64,000 nt of DNA from a virus: positions 40,306-104,305 of IMG/VR virus record IMGVR_UViG_3300028610_002211; one strand, written 5' to 3'. Shown here piece by piece: positions 51,465 through 61,919 of this stretch (within the stretch, counting starts at the first letter, position 1; each line of letters opens with the position of its first letter). Under the pieces are notes generated by a model. That model did not search any database, was not told where the DNA came from, and saw only the letters and a list, made by a program, of their open reading frames with translations. The position numbers and the translations under genes are program-made.

Positions 51465-51914
51465 ATGACTATGAAAGGTTCATTGCAAAACGATCACATT
51501 GCAAAAAACAACTCTACGTTGAGAGTGGTCGGGTTGCCAGTTGATCTAACCATTGTGACCCATGGGGCGATCGAAGAAGAACTAAAAATGGTTGATTTGC
51601 CGGACAACACCAAAGCAAGTGGCGGCGATACCAACCCAGTTGAATTCGATTTTTCTATCCCCATGCATCATGGGAAAGAAGAAGCGGCTTGTGAAGCTTG
51701 GTATCTTGAAGGCAAAGGCCCGGTATTACCAACCTACAAAAAACCGGCTACGTTGGTATACAAGTCGATTTCGGGCGCTTTCGAGAGAAACTTTGCGCTC
51801 GAAGGGTGCTTTATCATCAAACGTAGTTTGCCCGAAGGTGATATGTCGGATGACGGCGAAATGCAGGTAACAACCTGGACATTGAGCGCCGATAACATTT
51901 TGCCATTAGTGTAG
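51465..51914 (+). CDS. Tail tube protein (T4 gp19-like)
   Basis: 149 aa after the sheath; WY..KKPATLVY..TWTLSAD. Confidence 0.8.
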   Translation: MTMKGSLQNDHIAKNNSTLRVVGLPVDLTIVTHGAIEEELKMVDLPDNTKASGGDTNPVEFDFSIPMHHGKEEAACEAWYLEGKGPVLPTYKKPATLVYKSISGAFERNFALEGCFIIKRSLPEGDMSDDGEMQVTTWTLSADNILPLV

Positions 51915-51972
51915 AAACCAAAAACCGGCGGTTGGGCTTAACATAGCTCTAAGCAAATGGAGGTGAACCGCA

Positions 51973-53006
51973 ATGTCTGACAAAGACACCAAGAAAGAAA
52001 TTGGCGTTAAAGGTTCTTTCAAAACTAAAACGTTGAAAGAGCTTGGCCCTAATTTGCCACTAGGGATCAAAACCGAATCTGGCGTTTTTGAAAAAACGAT
52101 CGAGTTAAAGCGTTGGACAATGAAACAAGAAAAGGAGTTGGGCGCAATTCGCGAAGACAACCCACAAGCGAAAATGGGTCAATATGTGTCTATGGTTTTG
52201 GCGCACATGTGCACAAGACTTGGCCCGTATAATTTCGATGGAATGGACAATGTCAAAAAACTTTTGAAAATTTCGCAAATGCATAGTGGCGATGTTTTTT
52301 ACGCCTATTGTTGGTTGCGTTATAAGTCGCTTGGCAAAGATCTCGGGTTGGATTTGACTTGTGGGCGTTGCGATCAAGAGTTTGTTTGGAACGCCGATAT
52401 GGAAACATTAGAGGTGAATTGCTCTGATACCCTCGAAGCGTTTTTGTGGAAACATGAATTTTCGGATCCGTTCGAAATTCGTGGTAATATGTGCAACGGT
52501 TTTGTTTTTCAGCCAAGCCGTTGGAACACTTACGAAACAATGAATGACGCTGATTTCGGCGGGATCGGCGTTATCAAAGAAAAAATGATCCTTGGGAGTT
52601 TCCACAATTTAGTTGACAGTGGGGAACCAATCGCTTTGGCAGAAAGCGAAATTGAAGATCTTGGAAAACTAGATCTCGAAACTTGCGTTAGAGGAATCGA
52701 AGATGAAAGGCTTGGTCCAGATATGTCAGTATCTGTTAAACACAGTTGCAGATATGAATTTATACATCCGATTCGATGGGGTTTTGATGATTTTTTCGGC
52801 GTTTCTTCCCGTTAAGTTCACTTAATGACTTACGGGAACAGGCGTTTGCTTTAACGTATTGTATTAAATCGATGGGTTATGATGCTGTTGAGAATATGAC
52901 TAGAGCCGATCGAGAGTGGTTTTTGAGGCGTTTGAATAGACAGTTAAAACAAGAACACGAAGAAATGAAAAAAGCAGCTAATAAAACCAAAAAAGGTAAA
53001 CGTTAG
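51973..53006 (+). CDS. Tail assembly chaperone (51973-52815) with a predicted -1 frameshift extension to 53006
   Basis: In-frame slippery heptamer T TTT TTC at 52791-52797; the -1 frame is open to TAG at 53004-53006. Confidence 0.75.
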
Positions 53007-53008
53007 AA

Positions 53009-55768
53009 ATGGCACTTGAAAAAGTCGGACTTGGCGCGATCGTAACATCTGACACGAAGCAGTATGTTGATGCTATGGGACGGGCTCGCGATGCAAACGG
53101 CCGTTTTGTCGCGGGCGCCGGTAAGGTTCCGCCTCCACTTGGGAGAATTGGCGCAGCGGCAACAAGGGTTGCAGCTAAATTAAGGGGTATGGCACAAGGC
53201 GTTGCACGCGGCGGTCGAATGATCGGCGCGGGTATGCGTGATATGGGGCTTGGGTTGGCTCCTCTTTCCCTTGGGTTAGGGGCCGCTGTTGCACAAGCGG
53301 CCAAATTTGAGAAGCGCATGAGCGGGGTTGGTGCCGTCTCACGAGCGAACAAAGAAGATATGGCCGCGATGAGTAAAGAAGCGCGGCGTATGGGGATCGT
53401 GTCTGTTTTTTCCGCTTCGCAAGCGGCCGAAGGTATGGAAAATCTTGCCCGAGCGGGCGCCAAACCACACCAAATAATTGCTGGTTTGGGTGGGGTTATG
53501 AATGCAGCGGCCGCAGACGGTATCACCCTGTCCCAGAGCGCCGATATTGTGGCAAGGGTTACCAAGGGTATGGGTCTGGAATGGAGCCAAGCGGGACACA
53601 TTGCAGACACTTTAGCGTTGGCCAGCGCAAGCGCTAACACAAATATTTTGGCACTTGGTGAAGCGTTTATTTATGGTGTTTCCACTTCAAAAGCGATGGG
53701 CGTTTCATTAGAACAAACAACGGCGATTTTTGCGAAATTGGCTGATGCTGGTTTACGTGGATCAATGGGTGGGACTGCTTATGCAAATATGATGACAAAG
53801 CTTGCCAAACCAACGTCAAAATCAATCAAATTACTGAAGAAATGGGATATCAAGTTAGAGACTAGTAAAGGCAAATTGCGCAAGGTCGCTGATATTGTCG
53901 GTGATTTTAGCGAAAAACTTTCGAAGTTAAAATCCGTTACACGACGACAAGCAATTGCGCAAGAAGTTTTTGGTCGAAGGGGTTCACGCGCTTACACTGC
54001 TTTGGCAAACGCTGGTAGAGAGGCAACGTTAGAGTTAGAGGATAGGCTTGTCGCATCTTCAGAAAAAGGCGGCGCGGCGCTTGAAATGGCAAGACGCCGA
54101 TTAGACAATTTTTCCGGTTCAATGACTTTGTTGAAAAGTTCGTTAGAAGGGCTTTCGATCGGGCTTTTTCAACCAATGTTAAAACCGCTTGCAACTTCAG
54201 TTAGACAATTCACTGAAGGTTTTAATAAAGTCTTAATGGCTTTGAATGATATAAACGATTTTTGGGCGGAAAACCCGGATGCAACAGGATTTCCAACAGA
54301 GTCTTTAGAAAAATACGGGAAAACGGTTTCACAAATCGCGCTTGGTTTAAGGGATGCGGTCGACGCTGTCGGTGATGCATGGGATTGGGTTACGAAAAAA
54401 GTTAAAGCGGCTGGTAAGTGGTTCGGGGCAACTTTTGGCGGGGCCACGATGAGAAAAATTATCAAAATCGGAACCTTGATCTTAATAGCCGGGGCCGCTT
54501 TGGCACCTTTGATCCTTAGTTTGGCAATGGCCAAATTTGTGATCGGTGGTTTGATTTCTGTTATCGGCGGTGTTGCAACAATTATCGGCGCTGTGTTTTG
54601 GCCTTTATTGGCTGTTATCGGCGGCATTATCATAGCTTTTCAATTTCTAAAAAAAGAAAACGAGTCGTTTTTACAAACTGCAAGTCGAGTTTGGGGCAAT
54701 ATAAAAATATGGATCTTAGATGTTTGGGAAAACGCTTTGAAACCAATGTGGGCTGGAATCAAAGGCGCCCTGATCCCGGCTATTGAAGAATGGGGCGGCC
54801 TTTGGCAGGAAATTGTCGGCGAAATAAAAACTGTTTTTTCCGAACTTTATCGTGAGTTATTTGGTGGAAACGAAAACACAAAAATCAGTTGGCTTGAAGT
54901 TGGGAAAGTAATTGGCGCGGTTATTGGTGCGATCGGAACTACATTTCTATTTTTTGTTCGTTATATAATTCCATTGTTGGCCGGAATCGGGAAATATTTT
55001 TACAAGGTAGTAAATACAATTTGGGGTATTTGGAAATGGGCAATAACTCAAATCGCCGAAGGTTGGGCAAAACTTGCGCTAGGTATTGAAAAGGTTATAG
55101 AAGGTGACATTTTAGAAGGTTTAAAACGGATCGGACTTGGTCTTTTAGATTTTGTTTTGAAACCATTTCGGTTGCTTCTTGAATCTGCCTTAGCTTTGGG
55201 CGATGCTTTAAATATAGATGTTCCTGACAGTCTTAGAACATTTGCCGAAGAAGGTTTGACAGGGCTCGCTTTCGATATACCAGCAAAAGAAACAGAAAAA
55301 ACTTTTAAAACACGTGCCGAACAAATGGCAAGCTTTGGAATTGTTGAAACAGAGTTGGTTGTTAAACCGGGCGCTGATTTGGGCGGGCGTTTCGGGGAAG
55401 TGAAAACGGTTAAAGGTGAAAAGAGAAGGCGAGAAGAAGAAATCGATCAAATGCGGCGTGATATAGTCAATGCAAGGGAAGCGGCCGGGGCGGATTTAAA
55501 CCCGACTTCAATCGCAAAAGAACTTGCGGCGATGATGGCAAAGAAAGAAGCCGCAGCACAAGCGCCGATCGATGTCAAAGTTGAAAATTTACTCGAAGAT
55601 AAACGAACATTAGACATTAAAAATAATCTTTGTGTTTCTGGCGAAGATGTCAATTTAGCTTCTGGTAGACACAAAGTTGAATTACAAGAAAGAGCCGGTT
55701 TTAAATCAACACCGTGGCAAAAAAGAGCGATACTTGAACATGGTGCGGCGCCGGTTTCACGAGGGTAG
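53009..55768 (+). CDS. Tape measure protein (TP901-like core)
   Basis: FEKRMSGV.AV, FSASQAAEGMENLARAG, GLRGSMGGTA; Trp-spaced repeats. Confidence 0.93.
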   Translation: MALEKVGLGAIVTSDTKQYVDAMGRARDANGRFVAGAGKVPPPLGRIGAAATRVAAKLRGMAQGVARGGRMIGAGMRDMGLGLAPLSLGLGAAVAQAAKFEKRMSGVGAVSRANKEDMAAMSKEARRMGIVSVFSASQAAEGMENLARAGAKPHQIIAGLGGVMNAAAADGITLSQSADIVARVTKGMGLEWSQAGHIADTLALASASANTNILALGEAFIYGVSTSKAMGVSLEQTTAIFAKLADAGLRGSMGGTAYANMMTKLAKPTSKSIKLLKKWDIKLETSKGKLRKVADIVGDFSEKLSKLKSVTRRQAIAQEVFGRRGSRAYTALANAGREATLELEDRLVASSEKGGAALEMARRRLDNFSGSMTLLKSSLEGLSIGLFQPMLKPLATSVRQFTEGFNKVLMALNDINDFWAENPDATGFPTESLEKYGKTVSQIALGLRDAVDAVGDAWDWVTKKVKAAGKWFGATFGGATMRKIIKIGTLILIAGAALAPLILSLAMAKFVIGGLISVIGGVATIIGAVFWPLLAVIGGIIIAFQFLKKENESFLQTASRVWGNIKIWILDVWENALKPMWAGIKGALIPAIEEWGGLWQEIVGEIKTVFSELYRELFGGNENTKISWLEVGKVIGAVIGAIGTTFLFFVRYIIPLLAGIGKYFYKVVNTIWGIWKWAITQIAEGWAKLALGIEKVIEGDILEGLKRIGLGLLDFVLKPFRLLLESALALGDALNIDVPDSLRTFAEEGLTGLAFDIPAKETEKTFKTRAEQMASFGIVETELVVKPGADLGGRFGEVKTVKGEKRRREEEIDQMRRDIVNAREAAGADLNPTSIAKELAAMMAKKEAAAQAPIDVKVENLLEDKRTLDIKNNLCVSGEDVNLASGRHKVELQERAGFKSTPWQKRAILEHGAAPVSRG

Positions 55769-55771
55769 AAA

Positions 55772-56542
55772 ATGGGCTTGTTAGACACTTTATTTTCAGG
55801 ACGATCGTTTTTTATCAAAAACGAAGATGAGCCGAATGCGGAAATCCAAGGTCAATTTCCAGCGCAAGAAGTTCAAAAAACGGTTGGTTCAAAATATTCA
55901 ACTGGCGCGGCTCTTAATCAAGACATCCCTTTTAGACAGTATATTTCTGGAGAAATCGATACAATCACGTTTAACGCGGTGTTTTTTAAACACGATATGC
56001 TTTTTGGTGAACCTGAGAAGGCCGTTGCATTGTTGGAAAGTTGGGTTAAACGCAATAAAGATTTAGCACGGCCACCCATTTGTTCTTTTTCAGTTGGTGA
56101 CGGCCATATTTCAATGGGTTCGTGTACGATCGATAAAGTCCAAGAAACGTTTTTACAACCAACGTTTTTGGGTAAAATGCACCATGTAACATGTGCAATA
56201 ACTTTATCGAGGTATCAAGCTTACAGTCTCGAAGGCGAAGAAGCGGGCGAGACTCGTTACCATAGAGCGAAAGATCGAGAATATTATGAAATGTTATCTT
56301 GGCGCGAATATAGATCGGCTGAAATGGGTGACATTATCCGCAAAAGACACCCTGAAAAACCAAATTTGCAAGTTGGTGATATTGTCAAATTACCATCCAT
56401 TGAAGCGATAAGAACAGAAAGGATTGAACAAACGAGCGAAACTTTTAAAACCGCTTTTGGAAAAAGAGAAACCCCACAAAGAACATTGCGGTTATACATG
56501 TTTGAACGAAGAAACGAGTCTTATGTGAGTCATTTAATATAA
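55772..56542 (+). CDS. Tail tube initiator with a LysM-like domain
   Basis: PPICSFS.G; C-terminal NLQVGDIVKLP. Confidence 0.65.
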   Translation: MGLLDTLFSGRSFFIKNEDEPNAEIQGQFPAQEVQKTVGSKYSTGAALNQDIPFRQYISGEIDTITFNAVFFKHDMLFGEPEKAVALLESWVKRNKDLARPPICSFSVGDGHISMGSCTIDKVQETFLQPTFLGKMHHVTCAITLSRYQAYSLEGEEAGETRYHRAKDREYYEMLSWREYRSAEMGDIIRKRHPEKPNLQVGDIVKLPSIEAIRTERIEQTSETFKTAFGKRETPQRTLRLYMFERRNESYVSHLI

Positions 56543-57699
56543 TGGTTGATGTTCCAAATCTTGGCGGCGGCGGTGTTAATGAAGCCACTTTTGCGCCGAA
56601 GTTTTCAATAGCTGTTGCTGGCACGGTAGTTGACGACAACATAAAACCGTTTGTTCGTTATGTTGATTATGAAAGTACCGATGGAATGGCAGATGTGTTT
56701 CATCTTCGTTGTGTAAATCCAGAAAGCGTTATTTCAAACGCGAAAATTTTTCAACCTGGAAATGAAGCTTCTTTGTTTGGCGGTTACAAAGAGCCGTTGA
56801 CTCATATTGGACGAACAATAATACAAAAAGCGATCCCATTTTTTCCTGAATCTGGCGAACCAACTTTGTCAGTTATCGGTTATACAAAAGATTCTGTTTT
56901 GGGAGACAATTCGCCAGAAAAATCAAAACAGCGTCGTTTTGCAGATCACAAATACAGTGATGCAGTGCGCGAAATTGCAACGCGCTATGGCATGGAAATT
57001 AAAATCAATCCTACACCGGATAAACCGCACGATTTTATACAACGTGTTGGTGTTTCAGATTATGAATTTGTTCAAGGTTTAGCTAATACGACTGGTTATA
57101 CTTTTTGGGTTGATGGTGATGAAAAAGGCGTTTGGACTTTGCATTTTCGCGATCCTGACACATTGGTTGAACAAGATAAGAAATATACATTTAGGTATAA
57201 CGATGGTGATAACTCGTCTTTATTGAGTTTTAGACCTGAATTACTGATAAAAGGCTCAAAAACAAAAATCAAAGTTGTTGTCAAGGACAGAAAAAACGGC
57301 AAGGTGATAAAGGTTGAGGTTGAAGAAGAAAATAACGCGGCACCGGATATTGAAGTTTTAGGTGATCCGGATTCTGAAGTTAATGGCGAATTTACAAGCG
57401 GTAGTGACATAAAACTTTTCTTCGGCAACTTTTCTTTTGATGTTATTTCGGGTAAACGGTTTAAAGATGAAGAAGAAGCAAGATTTTGGGCTGAACAATG
57501 GTTTAGAAAAACAAGAGAAAATTTTGTCATGGCTTCTGGTAGTTGTATTGGGACCGAAACTTTAATGGCGCGTCAAAAACACAAGATCGAGAACACGTCG
57601 AAACCTTATGACGGTGAATATTATTTTAGTAAAGTTAAACATATTTTTGGGGAAAACGGATATAAGTGCAATTTTAGTTGTCGAAGGTTGGTACCATGA
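56542..57699 (+). CDS. Baseplate hub (P2 gpD / T4 gp27-like)
   Basis: IATRYG, QR..SDYEFV..LA..GY.F, YDGEYY..VKH. Confidence 0.85.
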   Translation: MVDVPNLGGGGVNEATFAPKFSIAVAGTVVDDNIKPFVRYVDYESTDGMADVFHLRCVNPESVISNAKIFQPGNEASLFGGYKEPLTHIGRTIIQKAIPFFPESGEPTLSVIGYTKDSVLGDNSPEKSKQRRFADHKYSDAVREIATRYGMEIKINPTPDKPHDFIQRVGVSDYEFVQGLANTTGYTFWVDGDEKGVWTLHFRDPDTLVEQDKKYTFRYNDGDNSSLLSFRPELLIKGSKTKIKVVVKDRKNGKVIKVEVEEENNAAPDIEVLGDPDSEVNGEFTSGSDIKLFFGNFSFDVISGKRFKDEEEARFWAEQWFRKTRENFVMASGSCIGTETLMARQKHKIENTSKPYDGEYYFSKVKHIFGENGYKCNFSCRRLVP

Positions 57700-58559
57700 C
57701 AATTGACAAATATGATGCAACAGTGATGACCAACAACGATCCGGAAAAAAGGGGACGGATAAAGGTTGCTTGTGTTGATTTGTTGGGCGATGAAGAAACG
57801 GAGATTCCGCAATGGGTAACTCCAAATTTAGAGTGGGGTTGGTTCATTGTTCCAGATCCGGGCGAAATTGTCCAAATCGAGGTTTTAACAGGTGATGGAC
57901 AAGACGAAAGTTTTGGTCAATCTTCGGTCGAAAACATGCAATTGCGTTGGTCAAAACGGGCTTGGACCGATGAAGAAGTTGAGGGCGGCGAACCAAGGCC
58001 GATAAACGAAGAATTCAAAACGAATTACGGAAAACGGCGTGGATTTGCAACGCCTAACGGACACATTCTTCTTTTTGATGATACGGATGGGAGTCAAAAA
58101 ATAAGTCTGACTTGGAAACAAAAAGACAGTTATAGTTATATTGCATTTGACGAAAAGGGAAATATAACGATCGCAAATAAAAACGGATCGATGTTACACC
58201 TTGACGCTGAAAACGGCGCAACGACACTTGTTGAAGAACATGGCAATTATTTGACAATGAGCGAAAACGGCCTAAGTATGGTCGATAAAAGCGGAAATAT
58301 CGTTGAACTAAAAGACGGTGTTATCCAAATTATAAGCCAAGGTAATGTTGTTGTAATGGGTAATGATGCTTCGCTTGAAACGGGCACCGTTCACCTTTTA
58401 CAAGGGGCAACCGAAAAAATAATCAAAGGAGATACGTTTAGAGATTCGGTTTATGATTTACATATGCACCCAAGTGCTTTTGGCCCAACGGGTGTTCCTA
58501 CTCATTTAATGAGTATTATTTTAAACTGTTTGAGTCAAAACGGATTTATTGGTGACTAA
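57696..58559 (+). CDS. Baseplate spike (gpV / gp5 OB-fold)
   Basis: DPEKRGRIKV, FIVPDPGE.V, TPNGH..FDD; C-terminal HMH metal motif. Confidence 0.88.
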   Translation: MTIDKYDATVMTNNDPEKRGRIKVACVDLLGDEETEIPQWVTPNLEWGWFIVPDPGEIVQIEVLTGDGQDESFGQSSVENMQLRWSKRAWTDEEVEGGEPRPINEEFKTNYGKRRGFATPNGHILLFDDTDGSQKISLTWKQKDSYSYIAFDEKGNITIANKNGSMLHLDAENGATTLVEEHGNYLTMSENGLSMVDKSGNIVELKDGVIQIISQGNVVVMGNDASLETGTVHLLQGATEKIIKGDTFRDSVYDLHMHPSAFGPTGVPTHLMSIILNCLSQNGFIGD

Positions 58560-58857
58560 ATGCAATTTCCCAGCATTGCCAAGTTTGAGCTTGCCGATTC
58601 CGGGGATCGGAATACCTTCACCTCCGAGTTTGCCGATTCCGCCAATTTTGCCCCCAGGGGCGCCGGATTTGCCAAGTTTGAGCTTGCCGATTCCCGGAAT
58701 CGGTATCCCATCGGTCCCGAGCTTGCCGATTCCGCCAATTTTGCCCCCAGGGGCGCCGGATTTGCCGTCTCTAGGCCTTCCTATCCCTGGGGTAGGATTA
58801 CCATCGATCCCGAGTTTACCGGGTTCGCCTGGCTTCCCAGCGTGCCCTATTGATTGA
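58549..58857 (+). CDS. Proline-rich repeat protein
   Basis: About three 31-aa (93-bp) repeats with mostly third-position changes; flanked by C.FP and CPID. Confidence 0.65.
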   Translation: MVTKCNFPALPSLSLPIPGIGIPSPPSLPIPPILPPGAPDLPSLSLPIPGIGIPSVPSLPIPPILPPGAPDLPSLGLPIPGVGLPSIPSLPGSPGFPACPID

Positions 58858-58863
58858 GGTGTT

Positions 58864-59355
58864 ATGGTCTTACTTGCAAACAAATTAGCGACTGAACTCG
58901 AAGCTATGGCGCCAGTGGCAACCGAGGTTGAAGGGATCGATAATTTTGCAACAGCTTTTGAAAATTATTTTGCCGATTCCGTGGTAACGGCGATACCGGC
59001 AAACCCAAATTCTTTGACAAACTCGACAAGCGCCCTGAAAGCCGCTATGCCGGGCGCAAATGTTGACGCGGCCGCCGCTATTCAAGCGGGAATTATCGCG
59101 TTCTGGGGGCAAGTGGCGGTTGATTTCGTGCTAATTTGGACAACGGCGCCGGTTTTGATCGCGGTTGTACCGCCAACCGGGCTTGGCGGAATAGCGGCGG
59201 CGCTTAATCCTGTGTTTGTGAGCAACAAAGACGCGGCGCTTGGATTGCCAGCGGCGGCGGCTCAAATCGCAGTCGCTTTACATCCAATACAGTTGGGCGG
59301 AATAGCAACATTAGGGCCACCGCCGCCAAGTGGGACACCCGTTCCGATATTGTGA
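58864..59355 (+). CDS. Ala-rich baseplate-region protein
   Basis: GAGG SD; position. Confidence 0.6.
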   Translation: MVLLANKLATELEAMAPVATEVEGIDNFATAFENYFADSVVTAIPANPNSLTNSTSALKAAMPGANVDAAAAIQAGIIAFWGQVAVDFVLIWTTAPVLIAVVPPTGLGGIAAALNPVFVSNKDAALGLPAAAAQIAVALHPIQLGGIATLGPPPPSGTPVPIL

Positions 59356-59365
59356 GGTTGACATT

Positions 59366-59749
59366 ATGCCAAAGGGTTTAAAAATACCATTTCAAGCCAG
59401 CGCAACGGGCGGAATTTCAACGATTGAAGGCGACGAGAACGATAGACAAGTGATTTCAGCATATCTTTCAGACGGTGATAACGAAAACGCGTTTCAACAA
59501 AACATAACTCTTGGTATCGATATGATTTTTGATATTGCCGATCCTTTGATGCGATCAAGGGTTTTTACACGGATTATAAGACTGTTTGAATTTTTGGAGA
59601 CTCAAAAAAGGTTTAAGCTTTTGTCAGATACGGTACAATGGGATGAAACAGATATTGCTAATGGTAACATGATTTTAAGTTTTAGGTATTTGAATTTAGA
59701 AAGTGATCAACCGCAAACTTATGAACAAAAATTTAGTTCAGGAGTGTAA
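59366..59749 (+). CDS. Baseplate wedge / sheath initiator (gp25-like)
   Basis: GLKIPF N-terminus, size, and position before baseplate J. Confidence 0.65.
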   Translation: MPKGLKIPFQASATGGISTIEGDENDRQVISAYLSDGDNENAFQQNITLGIDMIFDIADPLMRSRVFTRIIRLFEFLETQKRFKLLSDTVQWDETDIANGNMILSFRYLNLESDQPQTYEQKFSSGV

Positions 59750-59752
59750 AAA

Positions 59753-61909
59753 ATGACCACGATAACGATCCCAGATTTTAACTATGCGTCTTTTTATTAC
59801 GCTCAAATTCTCGAAGCGTTGATCGTATATAAACGGATCAATTTGCCAGAATTGACAGAAGAGTCTGACGTTGAACCGTCGATCCAATTAATGCGTATGA
59901 TGGCGTTAGTTGGACATTTGAATAATACCTTAATGGATACTTTGGCAAATGAAAATACTTTACCAACTGCAAAGATAGCTGAAAACGTTCGAAACATGTT
60001 GCGTTTAATTGATTATGAAATGTCTCCTGCAACACCTGCCCAAGTTGATGTTGTTTATGAGTTGAGTTTGATTTTGACAACGGCCGTCGAAATAATCACT
60101 GAACGGGCGCAAGTAGCAACAAAGAAAACAACAACTTTGGAACCGGTTTATTTTGAAGCGTTAGAAGGTTTGACCGTTGATCGAACAGATCAACACAGTC
60201 ACGTTTTGGCCGAAGAAGCGGGCGCTTTTACAGACTTCACAACGCTTGCAAATAGCGCTGTGACGCCCGGCGATGATTGGCAACCCTGGGTTACACCGGA
60301 AGCAAAAGACGCTATTTATTGGGGTCATAAGCACGCTATGTGGACGAAATTGTCAGTAACTTTGACAAGTGGGCTTTCTGGTATAAACGGCGTTTATGAG
60401 TTTTACGACGGTAATTTTAGAAAAATTTCTCCAACAAGTGTAACGAATTTGGGTGCAACTCTTGAATTAAACGTGAATTCTTTGTTAGGGACAGCGGACA
60501 GGAGAACAACACTTGTTAGAATTCAGTTGAATACAACAACAGCTTACGAAGACGTTTATAGTACTTGGAACGGTTCATACAACATTGCTACAACAACCGG
60601 GCTATTAGGTCAGTCTTCACCTTCAACGGACGTGGATGACTATACGATCGGCTCTGATTGGACTGAGCTTGACGTTACCGATACAGGTCCAGAATTCCAA
60701 TCACCTTCACAAGAGATAAGTTATGATCTACCACAAACGCTTTCACAAGATTGGGCACTAGCAACAATCGATGGAAAAACCGCTTATTGGTTTCGTTATA
60801 GAATCATTTCGGTTGCAGCGCCAACGGTGATGGTTTTTCAACAAACTAGAATGGACGGCGGAAAACAATATCTTTTGAGATCTACAACACAAGGTAGAAC
60901 AATTATTGAAAACCCGCTTGGTTCTTCTATCGGTTTGGAAGGTCAAACTTTTCTAACTGCAAAAGAACATTTTCTTTGGAATAGCGAAACTTTAACGGTT
61001 GATGGTGATATTTGGGTGCGGGTTGACAACTTTTTAGCTAGTGAAAGTGGTTCGAAACATTATGTGATTAAACTTGGCGAAAATGACAAAGCAACGGTTG
61101 TTTTTGGTGGTGATGGCAAAGGGTTAATTCCCCCAGTTGGCGCGGGGAATATCGCAATTACTTATCGCTATGGTGCCGAAACAAACGGCAATGTTGGTTA
61201 TGAAGCAATTTCAATCGATAAAACTGGTTTGAGTTTTATCAACAAAATTTGGAATCCACGGGGCGCAACCGGTTGGAAAGAAGCCGAAGGGGCAACCGAA
61301 GAATCACTAGAAATTGTAAAAATTGAAGGCCCGGCTTCGATCAGAGTTAAAGACGTTGCAATTAGTCCTGATGATGTTGTTTATTTGGCAGAAAATTTTA
61401 TCGATAGCGCGGGCGCTTCGTCGTTTAGTAGGGCAAAAGCGATTGAAGAGGGTTTTGGCCCAAAAACGATTGAATTGGTTGTTGTTGCAGCGGGCGGCGG
61501 GCTCGCTTCTAGTGCTCAATTAGCGGCACTTGATTTGTACTTTAATGGAGATCAATTTGCAAATCCACCGGTTGAAAAACACTTGGTTGCAAATCAAGAA
61601 GTAACATCAACGAATTACGCACAAAAAGCGATCGATGTTACAGCAACGGTTTATGGTAATGTGACACAAGCGGTTGTTGAAAATCGTTTATCTCAAATTT
61701 TACAACCGGAAGCAAAAGATGAAGATGGGATAAACTATCTTTGGGATTTTGGTGAAACTATTCACCCTTCAAGATTGAATTCTGAGATTTTCGGGATCGA
61801 TAGTTCGATAACAAAAGTTGTTATTACAACACCTTTTGGTGATGTTGGTTTACAAGGTAGAGAATTGCCGATCGCTGGTACTTTGAATATTACGGTTATA
61901 ACACCGTAA
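59753..61909 (+). CDS. Baseplate wedge protein (J / T4 gp6-like)
   Basis: LANE..LPTA, FG.DG.G.IPP, YRYG..GNV, AISPDD. Confidence 0.85.
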   Translation: MTTITIPDFNYASFYYAQILEALIVYKRINLPELTEESDVEPSIQLMRMMALVGHLNNTLMDTLANENTLPTAKIAENVRNMLRLIDYEMSPATPAQVDVVYELSLILTTAVEIITERAQVATKKTTTLEPVYFEALEGLTVDRTDQHSHVLAEEAGAFTDFTTLANSAVTPGDDWQPWVTPEAKDAIYWGHKHAMWTKLSVTLTSGLSGINGVYEFYDGNFRKISPTSVTNLGATLELNVNSLLGTADRRTTLVRIQLNTTTAYEDVYSTWNGSYNIATTTGLLGQSSPSTDVDDYTIGSDWTELDVTDTGPEFQSPSQEISYDLPQTLSQDWALATIDGKTAYWFRYRIISVAAPTVMVFQQTRMDGGKQYLLRSTTQGRTIIENPLGSSIGLEGQTFLTAKEHFLWNSETLTVDGDIWVRVDNFLASESGSKHYVIKLGENDKATVVFGGDGKGLIPPVGAGNIAITYRYGAETNGNVGYEAISIDKTGLSFINKIWNPRGATGWKEAEGATEESLEIVKIEGPASIRVKDVAISPDDVVYLAENFIDSAGASSFSRAKAIEEGFGPKTIELVVVAAGGGLASSAQLAALDLYFNGDQFANPPVEKHLVANQEVTSTNYAQKAIDVTATVYGNVTQAVVENRLSQILQPEAKDEDGINYLWDFGETIHPSRLNSEIFGIDSSITKVVITTPFGDVGLQGRELPIAGTLNITVITP

Positions 61910-61919
61910 AGAGGTAGAA

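Noticed and set aside
787-61519. Minus-strand ORFs in the track (e.g. 33517-34104, 52978-53640, 54169-54633)
   Set aside because: They are antisense shadows of well-supported + strand genes, without SD sequences or motifs.
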